Both the position numbers and the translations under genes were made by a program. A stretch of 51,229 nucleotides of DNA from positions 1-51,229 of the IMG/VR virus record IMGVR_UViG_3300037419_001302. One strand, 5' to 3'. The notes below the pieces were generated by a model. That model had not been told where the DNA came from and searched no databases. It saw only the letters and a list, made by a program, of their open reading frames with translations. Below, in pieces: positions 8,007-16,748 of this stretch (position 1 is the stretch's first letter; every line of letters begins with the position of its first letter). Origin of the DNA: a virus (lineage: Duplodnaviria; Caudoviricetes).

Positions 8007-8512
8007 GCGGCGCTCGCTTTGCTCAAGGTCGCGGCATCCGTCCCGATGAGTTGGGACACGACGTCAAGAACCCTCTGCTTGCTCTCGTTAAACTCTGTCT
8101 TGCCCATGGCGCGGACGCTTTGGGACTTCGCGGTGTAAACCGTGACCGTCGCCCCCGTGACGACCACGAAGGCGTAATCGTCGAGAGGCTCGATGAAGGC
8201 GGCCATCCGCTTCGCTTCTTCGGGCGAGGCGCAGGCGATCGAACGTTCATCCCGATAGCCCGCGCGGATCAGGGCGTATTTCCGTAGGTGATCCGGGGTC
8301 GCGAGCTTCTCGGCCAGCCCTTCGGGAAGGTTGGCGTGAGCCTCGGCGATCGCTGCAAAAAAGTGGCGATGGGATGCGCCGGAGCGCTCCTCGCGGATCT
8401 CCATCCGGTAGACCTGGCCGCAGACGAACTGCCGGTCGGCAGCCTTCGGGATCAAGGGGCGCATGGATTCCCCATCCCAGGTGAATGAGAGGGCGTGGAG
8501 CGCTTCGGCCAT
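8003..8512 (-). CDS. NinB/YbcN-like recombination accessory protein
   Basis: ERSxxSHxHFFA and KSQSxRAMxKxEF motifs; directly downstream of bet. Confidence 0.55.
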   Translation of the reverse strand: MAEALHALSFTWDGESMRPLIPKAADRQFVCGQVYRMEIREERSGASHRHFFAAIAEAHANLPEGLAEKLATPDHLRKYALIRAGYRDERSIACASPEEAKRMAAFIEPLDDYAFVVVTGATVTVYTAKSQSVRAMGKTEFNESKQRVLDVVSQLIGTDAATLSKASAA

Positions 8513-8514
8513 GG

Positions 8515-9576
8515 CTATTTGCGCACCGCCTTCTTGAGGGCATCGCGCCGCTTGGCGACGGCGGCTTCCCAGCGCTCAAGTAACGCAGCCGGGAGATACC
8601 CGATGCGCTCGGCATTGGCCTCGATCACCTCCTCGATGTCGGTGTCCGCCTGCGTGACCGAAAGCTGTTCGGTGAGGTCGTCGAGAACGGCCTCCCAATC
8701 GCCAACGGTCTCAGCTGCAGCGCCGGAGTCCTGCGCCTCGCCCTCGATCGTCGCGGCTTCGGCCGGCGCCGGCTCGACGTCGGTGACTTGGCTGGCCTCG
8801 GTTCGGAACTGCTCGCGCGTCGGGCGCGTCGGCGGATCGGCAGGATGGCCACCCATTGTGTTCGCCGGCGTCACGTCGACGATCCGTCCTTCCATTTCCT
8901 CGGCCGTCGGTTCATCCCCGAGCTCCTCCGGGAACGCCCGACGCAGGGCAGCCGCCTCAGCGACCTTCTCGATCATGTAATGGGGCGAGCGCTCCCACTT
9001 CTCGTTCGGGAGATCGGAGCGGCCGCGACGCCCGTAGTTGGCGAGCCAGTAGACCTTGGGACCGACGAACGCGACCCGATGGCCGAGGACGATCTTGTAG
9101 ACCGTCACCCGCGCCCACTCGGGGAAGGTGACTGTGACGCTCTTTTCCTCCCAGCCGTCCTTGCTCTTCACCCGGCCGGTGAAGGCCTGCTCCTGCTCGG
9201 GGCCGAACTCGGTTGCATCACATCCGGCATAGCGGCCGGTGCGGGTCGCCGTGGCGCGGTGCTCGCCGATGCCGGGCCACACGCCCTCGACCTCACGGCC
9301 GAGTTGGGAGTTCCACACCGGCACGATGTGGACCATCTTCTTGAACGGGTCGAGGTTGCGCGCCTTGCAGTAGGAGAGGGCGAGCACGACGGCGTCGACC
9401 GACTTGGCGGCCGGGAACACCGCATCCACGAGAGCGGGCCACTGCGTCTTGCTGACCCCGAATTTCTCCTCGATCGCCGGATGGAAGGGCAGTCGGGGCG
9501 GCTGGAACACCGCCACCTCGCCTTGGGATTGCGCCGCCTTCGCTGGCGTTTGAGCCTTGGTCTGCGCCTGAGCCAT
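8515..9576 (-). CDS. bet: RecT / Red-beta single-strand annealing protein
   Basis: YCKARNLDPFKKMVHIVP, R..A..TGRYAG, W...P..MIEKVAEAAALRRAFP. Confidence 0.9.
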   Translation of the reverse strand: MAQAQTKAQTPAKAAQSQGEVAVFQPPRLPFHPAIEEKFGVSKTQWPALVDAVFPAAKSVDAVVLALSYCKARNLDPFKKMVHIVPVWNSQLGREVEGVWPGIGEHRATATRTGRYAGCDATEFGPEQEQAFTGRVKSKDGWEEKSVTVTFPEWARVTVYKIVLGHRVAFVGPKVYWLANYGRRGRSDLPNEKWERSPHYMIEKVAEAAALRRAFPEELGDEPTAEEMEGRIVDVTPANTMGGHPADPPTRPTREQFRTEASQVTDVEPAPAEAATIEGEAQDSGAAAETVGDWEAVLDDLTEQLSVTQADTDIEEVIEANAERIGYLPAALLERWEAAVAKRRDALKKAVRK

Positions 9577-9585
9577 GGGTTCCTC

Positions 9586-10362
9586 CTAGCGAACGACGGC
9601 TGTGGTCGATTCGTAGATGTGCGCCCCGGCGAGATCGCGGCCGCCGGCGCGGACAAAACCACGGACCGCCTTGTCGAGATCGGCGGGAGCGAAGTAGGGC
9701 CGGAGCTTCTCGAGATCGAGCACCGCGCGGTCGGTGATCTCGAAAACCCAGGACGTGCGCAGCGAAGAGAGCGCCCCGTAGTCGCCGCGGGTGCGGGAGA
9801 GCTCGGCCGGTTTCGCGGAAGCGGCAGCCGAGGCCTCGATCGCATCGGCCTTGGACTGCTCGGCGGTTTCCTCGATGGCAATCGCATGGGCAAGGGAGTC
9901 GTCGTCCTTGGCCTGCTCGGCGGCTTCGCGGGCCTCGCGTTCCTTGCGGGCGGCCTCCTCGCGCGCGGCGGCTTCGGCGGCCAGACGACGTTGGCGCTCC
10001 TCCTCGGCTTTCTTGCGCTGGTAGGCGGTCAGGCGATCAGTGAGGGCCCGCTTCTTGGCCTCCAGGCCATCGATCACCGCCTTGAAGAAGCCGTCGACGA
10101 CGCGGCCGGCCTCAAGATGGGGTTCCTTCTCGGCGGTGCGGGCGTCGTTCGCGCGCTTGATTGCGGTCGAGAACTGCTTCACGAAGTCGGCCATCTGGCC
10201 GGCGATGTCGTCAGAGTCCACCGCAGCCGGCGCCCGCCCGTAGGCGGCGCTGAGTTCGTCGGCGCGCGCAAGGATAGGCTGGTGACGCTCGGCGAGTTCA
10301 TCGCGCAGTATCTGCACCCGGTTCCCGGAGTTGTGGCCCGCAAGGGCCGCTGAGCCTTCCAT
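9586..10362 (-). CDS. Coiled-coil phage protein upstream of bet
   Basis: N-terminal GHNS, RxxEKEPHL..GRxVD, long charged helix. Confidence 0.8.
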   Translation of the reverse strand: MEGSAALAGHNSGNRVQILRDELAERHQPILARADELSAAYGRAPAAVDSDDIAGQMADFVKQFSTAIKRANDARTAEKEPHLEAGRVVDGFFKAVIDGLEAKKRALTDRLTAYQRKKAEEERQRRLAAEAAAREEAARKEREAREAAEQAKDDDSLAHAIAIEETAEQSKADAIEASAAASAKPAELSRTRGDYGALSSLRTSWVFEITDRAVLDLEKLRPYFAPADLDKAVRGFVRAGGRDLAGAHIYESTTAVVR

Positions 10363-10374
10363 GGTGTTCTCCCG

Positions 10375-10728
10375 TTAGAAGATCGGTTTGGTTTTCATGT
10401 GATCGATGGGACTACGCGGCGATGCTTGAGGTGCATCCGGGTCGTGCTCGACGGCCCATTTGTGATCGGCAAGCAGGAAGCGGTACTCGGACTCCTCGAT
10501 CGGATGGGCGGCGCAGTACGGCCAGACCAAATCGACGTCGATCTCGCGGCCAAGTCTCTCGGCGTGCCACGTCGGCGAGCGGTCGAGTTCCTCGCCGGTC
10601 ACGGGATCCGTCGATGGTGCAAGCCAGATGCGGATTGGCACCCAGGGACCGCCGCGCACCATGCGCGACTTGTAGAAGCCGGCCACCGGCGTGTCGGCAC
10701 TGACCGGCGCCATGCGCTTGCGATTCAC
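10375..10728 (-). CDS. Hypothetical phage protein (GFYKSRMVRGGPWVPIRIW)
   Basis: GTGA coupling; protein-like composition. Confidence 0.75.
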   Translation of the reverse strand: MNRKRMAPVSADTPVAGFYKSRMVRGGPWVPIRIWLAPSTDPVTGEELDRSPTWHAERLGREIDVDLVWPYCAAHPIEESEYRFLLADHKWAVEHDPDAPQASPRSPIDHMKTKPIF

Positions 10729-10973
10729 CGTGCATCGCTCCCGACTTTCTCTGGCGCCTTGATCAGCCCCATCTTTGCTGCCCAATTCCGCCCGAGCTGG
10801 GTGGGCGCGATGCAGACCCTGCGGGGCTCACCGGGCGGATAGGTCACGCGGGCAAGTCCGCGCTGCTGCAGGGAGTTGCCGAAGCGGGCATCGCCGAGCA
10901 GGCGGATTTGCTTGTCGCCGTTGATGATGTCGACCAGGAGCTTCTCGGCGGCGGAAAGGGCTTCGTACTTCAC
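10725..10973 (-). CDS. Hypothetical winged-helix-like protein
   Basis: GTGA coupling; LSAAEKLLVDI..SLQQRGLA..PTQLGR pattern. Confidence 0.6.
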   Translation of the reverse strand: MKYEALSAAEKLLVDIINGDKQIRLLGDARFGNSLQQRGLARVTYPPGEPRRVCIAPTQLGRNWAAKMGLIKAPEKVGSDAR

Positions 10974-11167
10974 GCGGCCACTCCCGGAATGTCTCGCTCG
11001 ACGAAGGTGTCGGGAATGCCGGAGAGATAGCCGCCGTCCAGCAAGCGGACGTCGTAACGCGGCTGGCATTCGATCGTACGGCCGATCAGAACGGCGGCCT
11101 TCCACTCGACAATGTTGCCAGCGGGTATCCCCACCTTCACGGGCGTTAAAAGATCGATCATCTCCAC
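10970..11167 (-). CDS. Small hypothetical beta-rich protein
   Basis: GAGGAG RBS. Confidence 0.65.
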   Translation of the reverse strand: MEMIDLLTPVKVGIPAGNIVEWKAAVLIGRTIECQPRYDVRLLDGGYLSGIPDTFVERDIPGVAA

Positions 11168-11171
11168 CTCC

Positions 11172-11453
11172 TCAGTGAACGACGCGAAGGGCGATGCCGA
11201 GCGCGAGCGCCAAGGCGATCACTAGGGCGGCGCCGATGTTGGCCCGGCGACGGTCGCGCCGCTGTTCACGGATCGCGTCGACGTGCTCGTCCATCTCGTA
11301 GTCGTGCCAGCCGAATTGCCTGAGTCGGCGGCGAAGCTGCTGCTCGGTGAGTCGTCCGGCCACGAAGTCGTCGATGAACTTCTGGTCGCGGGTGAGGACA
11401 GGGGCGTCGGCGAGCATGAAGGGCTCCATCTGGAGGGCGGAGAGTCGCGGCAT
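11172..11453 (-). CDS. Hypothetical protein with C-terminal membrane anchor
   Basis: Hydrophobic tail IGAALVIALALALGIAL. Confidence 0.7.
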   Translation of the reverse strand: MPRLSALQMEPFMLADAPVLTRDQKFIDDFVAGRLTEQQLRRRLRQFGWHDYEMDEHVDAIREQRRDRRRANIGAALVIALALALGIALRVVH

Positions 11454-12064
11454 CAGCCGAGCTCCCGAGCCAAGTTGCCAACGATCTCGGTGGTGATCTC
11501 TCCGACCGGGCGCGCCTCATCGTCGAGGCGCTCGGTGAAATGCTGGTCCGCGTGGACCTTGCCGCAGAAGATCGGCGCATCGGCCGGGGCGACGATGATC
11601 CGGTAGACAGTGGGATCACCCTTGATCCGGGCGCGCGCCTGATGGATGCCGAACAGCCCGTTCGACTGGTGCTGATCGATCATGATGTCGCTGGCCGCGA
11701 CGGCGAGGCCGAGGGTGCGCTTGATCTGGCTGACGATGTAGCCGGGGTAGATCATCATCACCTTCCGGGGCACAGCCGCCGCCTGTTCGGCCTCAAGCCG
11801 CCGCACCTGATCGCGGTAGGTGCGCCACGTCACGCAGAGGTTGTTGCCGTTCTCGGTCAGCCCGTTCCAGTAGGTCGGATGGGCGCGGCGCTCGCGCGCA
11901 ACCCTCCGGGCCTCGGCCTTGAACCAAGCCATGCCCTCGCGGAGCAAAGCGATACGCTCGGAAACGGACGGCGGGTTATCGACCGCCGCACGAGCCGAAG
12001 CCGGGATCGGTCCGTCATAGCGCTGCTCGAGTTCAGCGAGCCTGGAGAGTGATGAAGAGGGCAT
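11453..12064 (-). CDS. Hypothetical protein, first gene of the leftward early operon
   Basis: GGAGG RBS directly downstream of PL/OL. Confidence 0.75.
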   Translation of the reverse strand: MPSSSLSRLAELEQRYDGPIPASARAAVDNPPSVSERIALLREGMAWFKAEARRVARERRAHPTYWNGLTENGNNLCVTWRTYRDQVRRLEAEQAAAVPRKVMMIYPGYIVSQIKRTLGLAVAASDIMIDQHQSNGLFGIHQARARIKGDPTVYRIIVAPADAPIFCGKVHADQHFTERLDDEARPVGEITTEIVGNLARELG

Positions 12065-12084
12065 TGGGGGCCTCCGTCGTTTTC

Positions 12085-12133
12085 GTAAAGCATGCTTTAC
12101 ACCCGGCGGGACCTATCGTCAAGCATGCTTTAC
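12085..12133 (-). promoter_or_regulatory. OL operators and PL promoter
   Basis: Perfect palindrome GTAAAGCATGCTTTAC at 12085-12100 and GTCAAGCATGCTTTAC at 12118-12133; minus-strand TTGACG-N17-TAAAGC overlaps both. Confidence 0.85.
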
Positions 12134-12276
12134 AACGGGAAGGCGGTTTTTCACCCGGCGCAAACCGGTTCTGTCGTTAACCCATTGAAGATTTTTGGCT
12201 AATCAGGAGCCTTTTTCGGCTCTTCTTTTGACCTGAACAGGGTCTTTGCTGCGCGCGGAAGAAATGGCCAGCCGAG

Positions 12277-12558
12277 TTATTGTTCGCGGAGTTTAGCTCG
12301 GATCAGGCTGGCGAGGAGAAACACGAGGCCGGTGACAAGAACACCTCCGAGGAGGCGGCCAGCCACATGGGGGACGGGCATGGAGTAGCCGGGATTGAGA
12401 TGGGCGACGAGCGCGATCATGGCGCCGGCCCAGGCGACCCCGGCACCGATCGCGGCCCAGGCGTTGCGGAGCAGGGCGCCGGCGGCGACGTAGCCAAGCA
12501 TCGTGATCGGGTCGAGGAGCGATGCGGCCATGACGGTGAAAACGATCTCGAGCGTCAC
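12277..12558 (-). CDS. Small membrane protein (about 3 TM) co-transcribed with the repressor
   Basis: GTGA overlap with the cI stop; hydrophobic segments. Confidence 0.75.
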   Translation of the reverse strand: MTLEIVFTVMAASLLDPITMLGYVAAGALLRNAWAAIGAGVAWAGAMIALVAHLNPGYSMPVPHVAGRLLGGVLVTGLVFLLASLIRAKLREQ

Positions 12559-13301
12559 ATTCGCCTCCAGCCGCCGATCACGCGCCCCTGGATATGTGCT
12601 TCTTCAAGGGTGCGCTCGTAAGGATCGTATTCCTTGTTGTCCGAGCTGATCTTGACCCGCGGCGGGTCGGAGTGGGCCACGTACTGCACGCGCTTGAGAA
12701 CTAGGCCGAAGCCGTCGAAGACTACGAAGATCCCCGGCGGCGTCGGCGCTCGGTCTTGCGTATCGACCATGACCTTTTGACCGGGAAATAGGGTCGGCTC
12801 CATCGAGTCCCCGACCACCTCCAAGATGCGAACGCGATCAGGCTCCGCACCATAAAGCTGACGAAAGCCCGCGCTCGGGAATCCGTGTGCTGCGACCGTT
12901 GCTGTGGCTTCATCGGTGTCTTCCACGTCGATCAGCCCTCCGCTTGTCCCCGACCTCGCTCTAACGTCGAGTTCACGGATTAAAACCAAGTCCGCAGCTT
13001 GGTCATGCAGATGACTCACTTCAACCACAGATGATTCGGATTTATCTGATCCTCTCTTCACGTGCGATCCCTTGGTGGTTCCCATGGGGGAACCGCGACC
13101 TGTGGCCAGCCATTGGGGGTCGACGTCGGTGTCGATGGCGATGCCGACAAGGTTGGGGCCGGTCGGCACCGTCTCGTCGGACAGCCATTGCTTTACGGCT
13201 TGCCGCGACACTTTGCGCGCGCGCGCGAGGTCGGCGGGGGTCATATCAGCTTCGCTGATAGCCCACTTGATCCGTTGCCCGAGCGTGAGTTGCTGTTGCA
13301 T
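12555..13301 (-). CDS. cI: CI-like repressor (XRE HTH plus S24 peptidase)
   Basis: HTH PADLARARKVSRQAVKQWLS; VVGDSMEP (Ser) and LVLKRV (Lys); divergent from cro. Confidence 0.95.
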   Translation of the reverse strand: MQQQLTLGQRIKWAISEADMTPADLARARKVSRQAVKQWLSDETVPTGPNLVGIAIDTDVDPQWLATGRGSPMGTTKGSHVKRGSDKSESSVVEVSHLHDQAADLVLIRELDVRARSGTSGGLIDVEDTDEATATVAAHGFPSAGFRQLYGAEPDRVRILEVVGDSMEPTLFPGQKVMVDTQDRAPTPPGIFVVFDGFGLVLKRVQYVAHSDPPRVKISSDNKEYDPYERTLEEAHIQGRVIGGWRRM

Positions 13302-13325
13302 GGGCCGGACTATGGCGACGGCGCT

Positions 13326-13365
13326 GTAAAGCATGCTTGCATTGTCGTAAAGCATGGTTTACAAG
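13326..13365 (+). promoter_or_regulatory. OR operators and PR promoter
   Basis: GTAAAGCATGCTTGCA at 13326-13341 and GTAAAGCATGGTTTAC at 13347-13362 match the OL palindrome; TTGCAT-N17-TACAAG. Confidence 0.85.
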
Positions 13366-13370
13366 GGGGC

Positions 13371-13625
13371 ATGCTCGAAATTGTTCAGCAAGCCGCCGAC
13401 ATCGTGGGCGGCACTCAAAAACTGGCGGATTTGCTGGGTTGCTCGCGCCAAGCGCTCTCCCAGTGGGATGAGGTGCCGCGCGGCCGTGTCCTCGAGATCG
13501 AGGAGGCGACCGGTCGCAAGATCACGCGCCATCAACTCCGCCCTGACCTTTATCCAGAGGCACCGCAGGAGCCCTCCGGCGGCAACGCCGCCGAGCCAAA
13601 CCGCCCACGCGGGAAGGCCGCCTAG
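13371..13625 (+). CDS. cro: Cro-like (YdaS family) regulator
   Basis: GGTQKLADLLGCSRQALSQW..VP..IEEATG..LRPDLY. Confidence 0.9.
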   Translation: MLEIVQQAADIVGGTQKLADLLGCSRQALSQWDEVPRGRVLEIEEATGRKITRHQLRPDLYPEAPQEPSGGNAAEPNRPRGKAA

Positions 13626-13646
13626 CCATGGCGCGCCGGGGGAACA

Positions 13647-13835
13647 TCAGCACGGCCACCAGTCTTCGGGAATCTTCTCCCGCAGGAGCTTGGTCAATTC
13701 GCGGTCGACTTCGACCCGGATCAGTTCTCCATCGTCGACCGCAAAGCAAAACGCTGTGGAGCCGTGGGCGATCCATGATCGCGTGGCTCGGTAGCGGGTC
13801 AGCGCCGGCGCATTCTTCATCGTCTTGGTCCGCAC
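13647..13835 (-). CDS. Small hypothetical protein antisense to the PR operon
   Basis: Fills an otherwise empty gap; protein-like composition. Confidence 0.45.
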   Translation of the reverse strand: MRTKTMKNAPALTRYRATRSWIAHGSTAFCFAVDDGELIRVEVDRELTKLLREKIPEDWWPC

Positions 13836-14076
13836 GTCCGGACCGGGACCGCTTCCTCAACGTTCTCTCCGTCGCTGGCTCGATCCCCGCTGGCCGTGCC
13901 GGAGATACGGGCGGCGAGGGCCATACCCCCAGCCTTCGCCGCTCGCCCCTCTCTAAGCCTCTCCACGAGTCCGGCGGTCACGCTGCCAAGAGTGCGCCAG
14001 GTCGTGTCGTTGTCGTTCATCGCTCTGCTCAAGCTCCGCTTCGTTGCGCCCAGAAGAAAGCGCACGGAGCGATGCA

Positions 14077-14430
14077 ATGTCCTGCAATTCAAATTACCGA
14101 AAAGTGCGGTCAATGAACGCGGCTGTCGCGATCGCGCAACTCGACATGGAAGGCGGCCCGGTGCTGCGGGAGATCGCCCGCCGCGAGCCCGCCAAGGTTG
14201 TCGCGCCGAAGTTCGGGTTCCGCCCGCGCCACGTCTACAACCTGCGCGAAGGCGAGACCGGCATCGGGTGGCAGCACTTCATCCTCGCCGCGCAACAGAC
14301 GCCGGAGCTGCGCGCCTTGGTGGCGAAGTGGCTCGGCTTCGAATCGCCGCTGATGCCGCAGGCCGTCGAGATGCTGCGGCAGATCAAGCAGCTTGCCGCA
14401 TCGTTGCCGGAAGAGGGGGACCAAGCTTGA
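14077..14430 (+). CDS. CII-position HTH-like regulator
   Basis: PAKVVAPKFGFRPRHVYNLREG HTH-like segment; position after cro. Confidence 0.6.
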   Translation: MSCNSNYRKVRSMNAAVAIAQLDMEGGPVLREIARREPAKVVAPKFGFRPRHVYNLREGETGIGWQHFILAAQQTPELRALVAKWLGFESPLMPQAVEMLRQIKQLAASLPEEGDQA

Positions 14431-14777
14431 TGTTCCCGTTCGCCAATCACTTCACGCTGCGCGAGGCCGATGCAATCGAGCGCCTGCGCGACGAGAAGGG
14501 CGACCGCGAACTGCTTGAATGGTGGAACCGGCCCGGTGGACGCGGCAGGCCTGTTCGGAAATCTACCAACGAAATCGGCGCGTATCTCGAGCGCAACCCG
14601 CGCACTCAAAAAAATTTTCTCGGATGTGTGGCAAAAAGCGAGCACGAAAGCGGCACCTGTGCCGTTTCCGCCGCATCCCGTCACACGGATTCCCCCGCCT
14701 CCATCATCGCCTCTACGTCGGTCCACACCACGGCGCAGAGGGATGACGGGCGCGATCTTAAGGGGAGGCGGGGGTAA
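14430..14777 (+). CDS. Hypothetical protein
   Basis: TGATG and TAATG coupling at both ends. Confidence 0.55.
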   Translation: MFPFANHFTLREADAIERLRDEKGDRELLEWWNRPGGRGRPVRKSTNEIGAYLERNPRTQKNFLGCVAKSEHESGTCAVSAASRHTDSPASIIASTSVHTTAQRDDGRDLKGRRG

Positions 14778-15136
14778 TGGAGCGCCGCCGCTTTTCCACG
14801 AAGGTGAAGGCCGAAGTCGTCGCGCGCTTCGATGGTCGCTGCGCGCATCCGGGCTGCATGTCCACCGGGCCATTCGAGTTCGACCACCTCATCGCGCTCG
14901 ATCTCGGCGGCAACGACGAGCCCGCCAATCTCCAGCCGCTTTGCGAAGCGCACCACAAGGCCAAGACCGCGCTCGACATAAAGCTGATTGCGAAGGGCAG
15001 GAGGATCAGGGCAAAGGCCGAAGGAACGTTCCGGCCGAACCGCAAGGTCATTCGCTCGCGCGGCTTCGACAAATCCCACCGCCAGAAGTTTGACGGCTCC
15101 GTGGTGGAGCGCACCGGCGCCGCGAGGATGGGGTGA
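14777..15136 (+). CDS. HNH endonuclease
   Basis: CAHPGC..EFDHLIALDLGGND..NLQPLCEAHHKAKT. Confidence 0.9.
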   Translation: MERRRFSTKVKAEVVARFDGRCAHPGCMSTGPFEFDHLIALDLGGNDEPANLQPLCEAHHKAKTALDIKLIAKGRRIRAKAEGTFRPNRKVIRSRGFDKSHRQKFDGSVVERTGAARMG

Positions 15137-16063
15137 ATGCCTGCTTACTACAACGAGATCGACGCCTACGCCGCTCAATGGCTGCGGAACCTGATCGCGG
15201 CTGGGCACATCGCGCCAGGCGACGTGGACACGCGCTCGATCATGGAGGTATCGCCCGATGACCTCCGCGGCTACAGCCAATGCCATTTCTTCGCTGGAAT
15301 CGGAGGATGGTCGCTCGCCCTCCGCTTGGCCGGTTGGGACGACACTCGACCTGTTTGGACCGGCTCCTGTCCCTGCCAGCCGTTCAGCGCCGCCGGCAAG
15401 CGCAAAGGCGAAGCCGACGAGCGCCATCTGTGGCCCGAGTTTCGACGCCTCATCTCCGTCTGCGCGCCTCCAGTCGTCTTTGGAGAGCAGGTTGCGAGCG
15501 CGCCTGGGCGCCGCTGGCTCGCCGGAGTACGAGCTGACCTGGAAGCATTGGCCTATGGAGTCGGGGCCGCCGATCTGTGCGCTGCGAGCGTCGGCGCGCC
15601 GCACATCCGGCAACGACTGTGGTGGGTGGCCGACTCCGAATACCCCGAACGGAGGCCGGAGCGTGGACCCGTCGAAGATGAGCGCGACGGGAAGAACGCT
15701 CGATGGAAGGAAGCACACAGTGTCGCTGGAGCATGTAGCCCGATTCGCGGGCAACACGGACTCCAGCCGCAAGACGGTGGACCTGGTGGCGGGGTGGGTA
15801 TCGCCGCAGAAGGGCGACGGGGATCGGGGTGGACAGGCGAAGCGGTATCTGGAGGGAAGGCACGCTGTTCGGCTGAACGATCAAGCGCATCTTTCTGGTC
15901 CGACGCCCTCTGGCTCCCCTGCACCGACGGAAAAGCGCGGCGCACTCAACCCGGCCTTCAGCCGCTGGCTCATGGGGTATCCGGCCGCGTGGGACGACTG
16001 CGCGCCTACGGCAACGCGATCGTCCCCGAAGTCGCGGCGGAGTTCATAAGGGCAGCCGCATGA
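15137..16063 (+). CDS. C5-cytosine DNA methyltransferase, large polypeptide
   Basis: FFAGIGG (motif I), SCPCQPFS (IV), EQV (VI), HIRQRLW (VIII), RLRAYGNAIVP (X). Confidence 0.9.
   Translation: MPAYYNEIDAYAAQWLRNLIAAGHIAPGDVDTRSIMEVSPDDLRGYSQCHFFAGIGGWSLALRLAGWDDTRPVWTGSCPCQPFSAAGKRKGEADERHLWPEFRRLISVCAPPVVFGEQVASAPGRRWLAGVRADLEALAYGVGAADLCAASVGAPHIRQRLWWVADSEYPERRPERGPVEDERDGKNARWKEAHSVAGACSPIRGQHGLQPQDGGPGGGVGIAAEGRRGSGWTGEAVSGGKARCSAERSSASFWSDALWLPCTDGKARRTQPGLQPLAHGVSGRVGRLRAYGNAIVPEVAAEFIRAAA
15258..16049 (+). CDS. Overprinted alternative-frame polypeptide carrying C5-MTase motif IX
   Basis: LNPAFSRWLMGYPAAW and WPTP segments; nested within the MTase gene. Confidence 0.7.
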   Translation: MTSAATANAISSLESEDGRSPSAWPVGTTLDLFGPAPVPASRSAPPASAKAKPTSAICGPSFDASSPSARLQSSLESRLRARLGAAGSPEYELTWKHWPMESGPPICALRASARRTSGNDCGGWPTPNTPNGGRSVDPSKMSATGRTLDGRKHTVSLEHVARFAGNTDSSRKTVDLVAGWVSPQKGDGDRGGQAKRYLEGRHAVRLNDQAHLSGPTPSGSPAPTEKRGALNPAFSRWLMGYPAAWDDCAPTATRSSPKSRRSS

Positions 16064-16398
16064 ACAATCCGCTGCCCGATCTCCTGACCTACCGCGACCG
16101 CTATCCAGACGCGCCTGGCTTCAAGCGTTGCGGCACGAGCGAAGCTGCCGCGCGCTCGGTGAAGAAGCGGGCCGACCGGCTGCGCGTCATGGTTCTCGAT
16201 CAAGTCACCAAGGCCGGCGACTACGGCATTACCTGCGATGAGTGCGCCGATGCCTTGGGCGAAGAGGACGGCAGCATTCGCCCGCGTTTCAGCGAACTGT
16301 CCACTGCCAAGGAAGGTCACATCCCGAAGGTGAAGGAGTCCGGCCGCAGGCGCATGGGGCGGCGCGGGAAGATGATCACGGTATGGGTGCTGGCGTGA
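16060..16398 (+). CDS. Winged-helix DNA-binding protein
   Basis: TSEAAA..GITCDECADALG..SIRPRFSEL..SGRRR..ITVW. Confidence 0.75.
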   Translation: MNNPLPDLLTYRDRYPDAPGFKRCGTSEAAARSVKKRADRLRVMVLDQVTKAGDYGITCDECADALGEEDGSIRPRFSELSTAKEGHIPKVKESGRRRMGRRGKMITVWVLA

Positions 16399-16748
16399 CC
16401 GAAGCCCAACTCCACGCCTCGGTCGCGCAGTATCTGACCCTCGCCCTCGATCCCTCCGTGTTCTGGTTCCATCCGGTGAACGAGGGCAAGCGCGGGTTCA
16501 AGGCGCAGCGCGATTTTAAGCGGCTCGGCGGACGTGCCGGCCTTCCCGATCTGTGCCTGGTTCACAACGGTCGCGCATGCTGGATCGAGCTCAAATGCGC
16601 GACGGGCCATCTCTCTCCCGCCCAGCGCGAATGCGCGATGCGTCTGCGCGCCGCCGGATGCCCGGTGCCGCTGGTCTGTCGTTCTTTGGACGAGGTGATC
16701 GCCGCGCTCGCTGAGTTCGGCATTCCGGTTCGAGCGAGAGCGGCATGA
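16395..16748 (+). CDS. VRR-NUC domain nuclease / resolvase
   Basis: TEAQLH..FHPVNEG..AGLPDL..IELK..GHLSPAQ. Confidence 0.85.
   Translation: MTEAQLHASVAQYLTLALDPSVFWFHPVNEGKRGFKAQRDFKRLGGRAGLPDLCLVHNGRACWIELKCATGHLSPAQRECAMRLRAAGCPVPLVCRSLDEVIAALAEFGIPVRARAA

Noticed and set aside
8788-10353. Long 521-aa plus-strand ORF
   Set aside because: Antisense shadow of bet and its upstream gene, as expected from high-GC codon bias.
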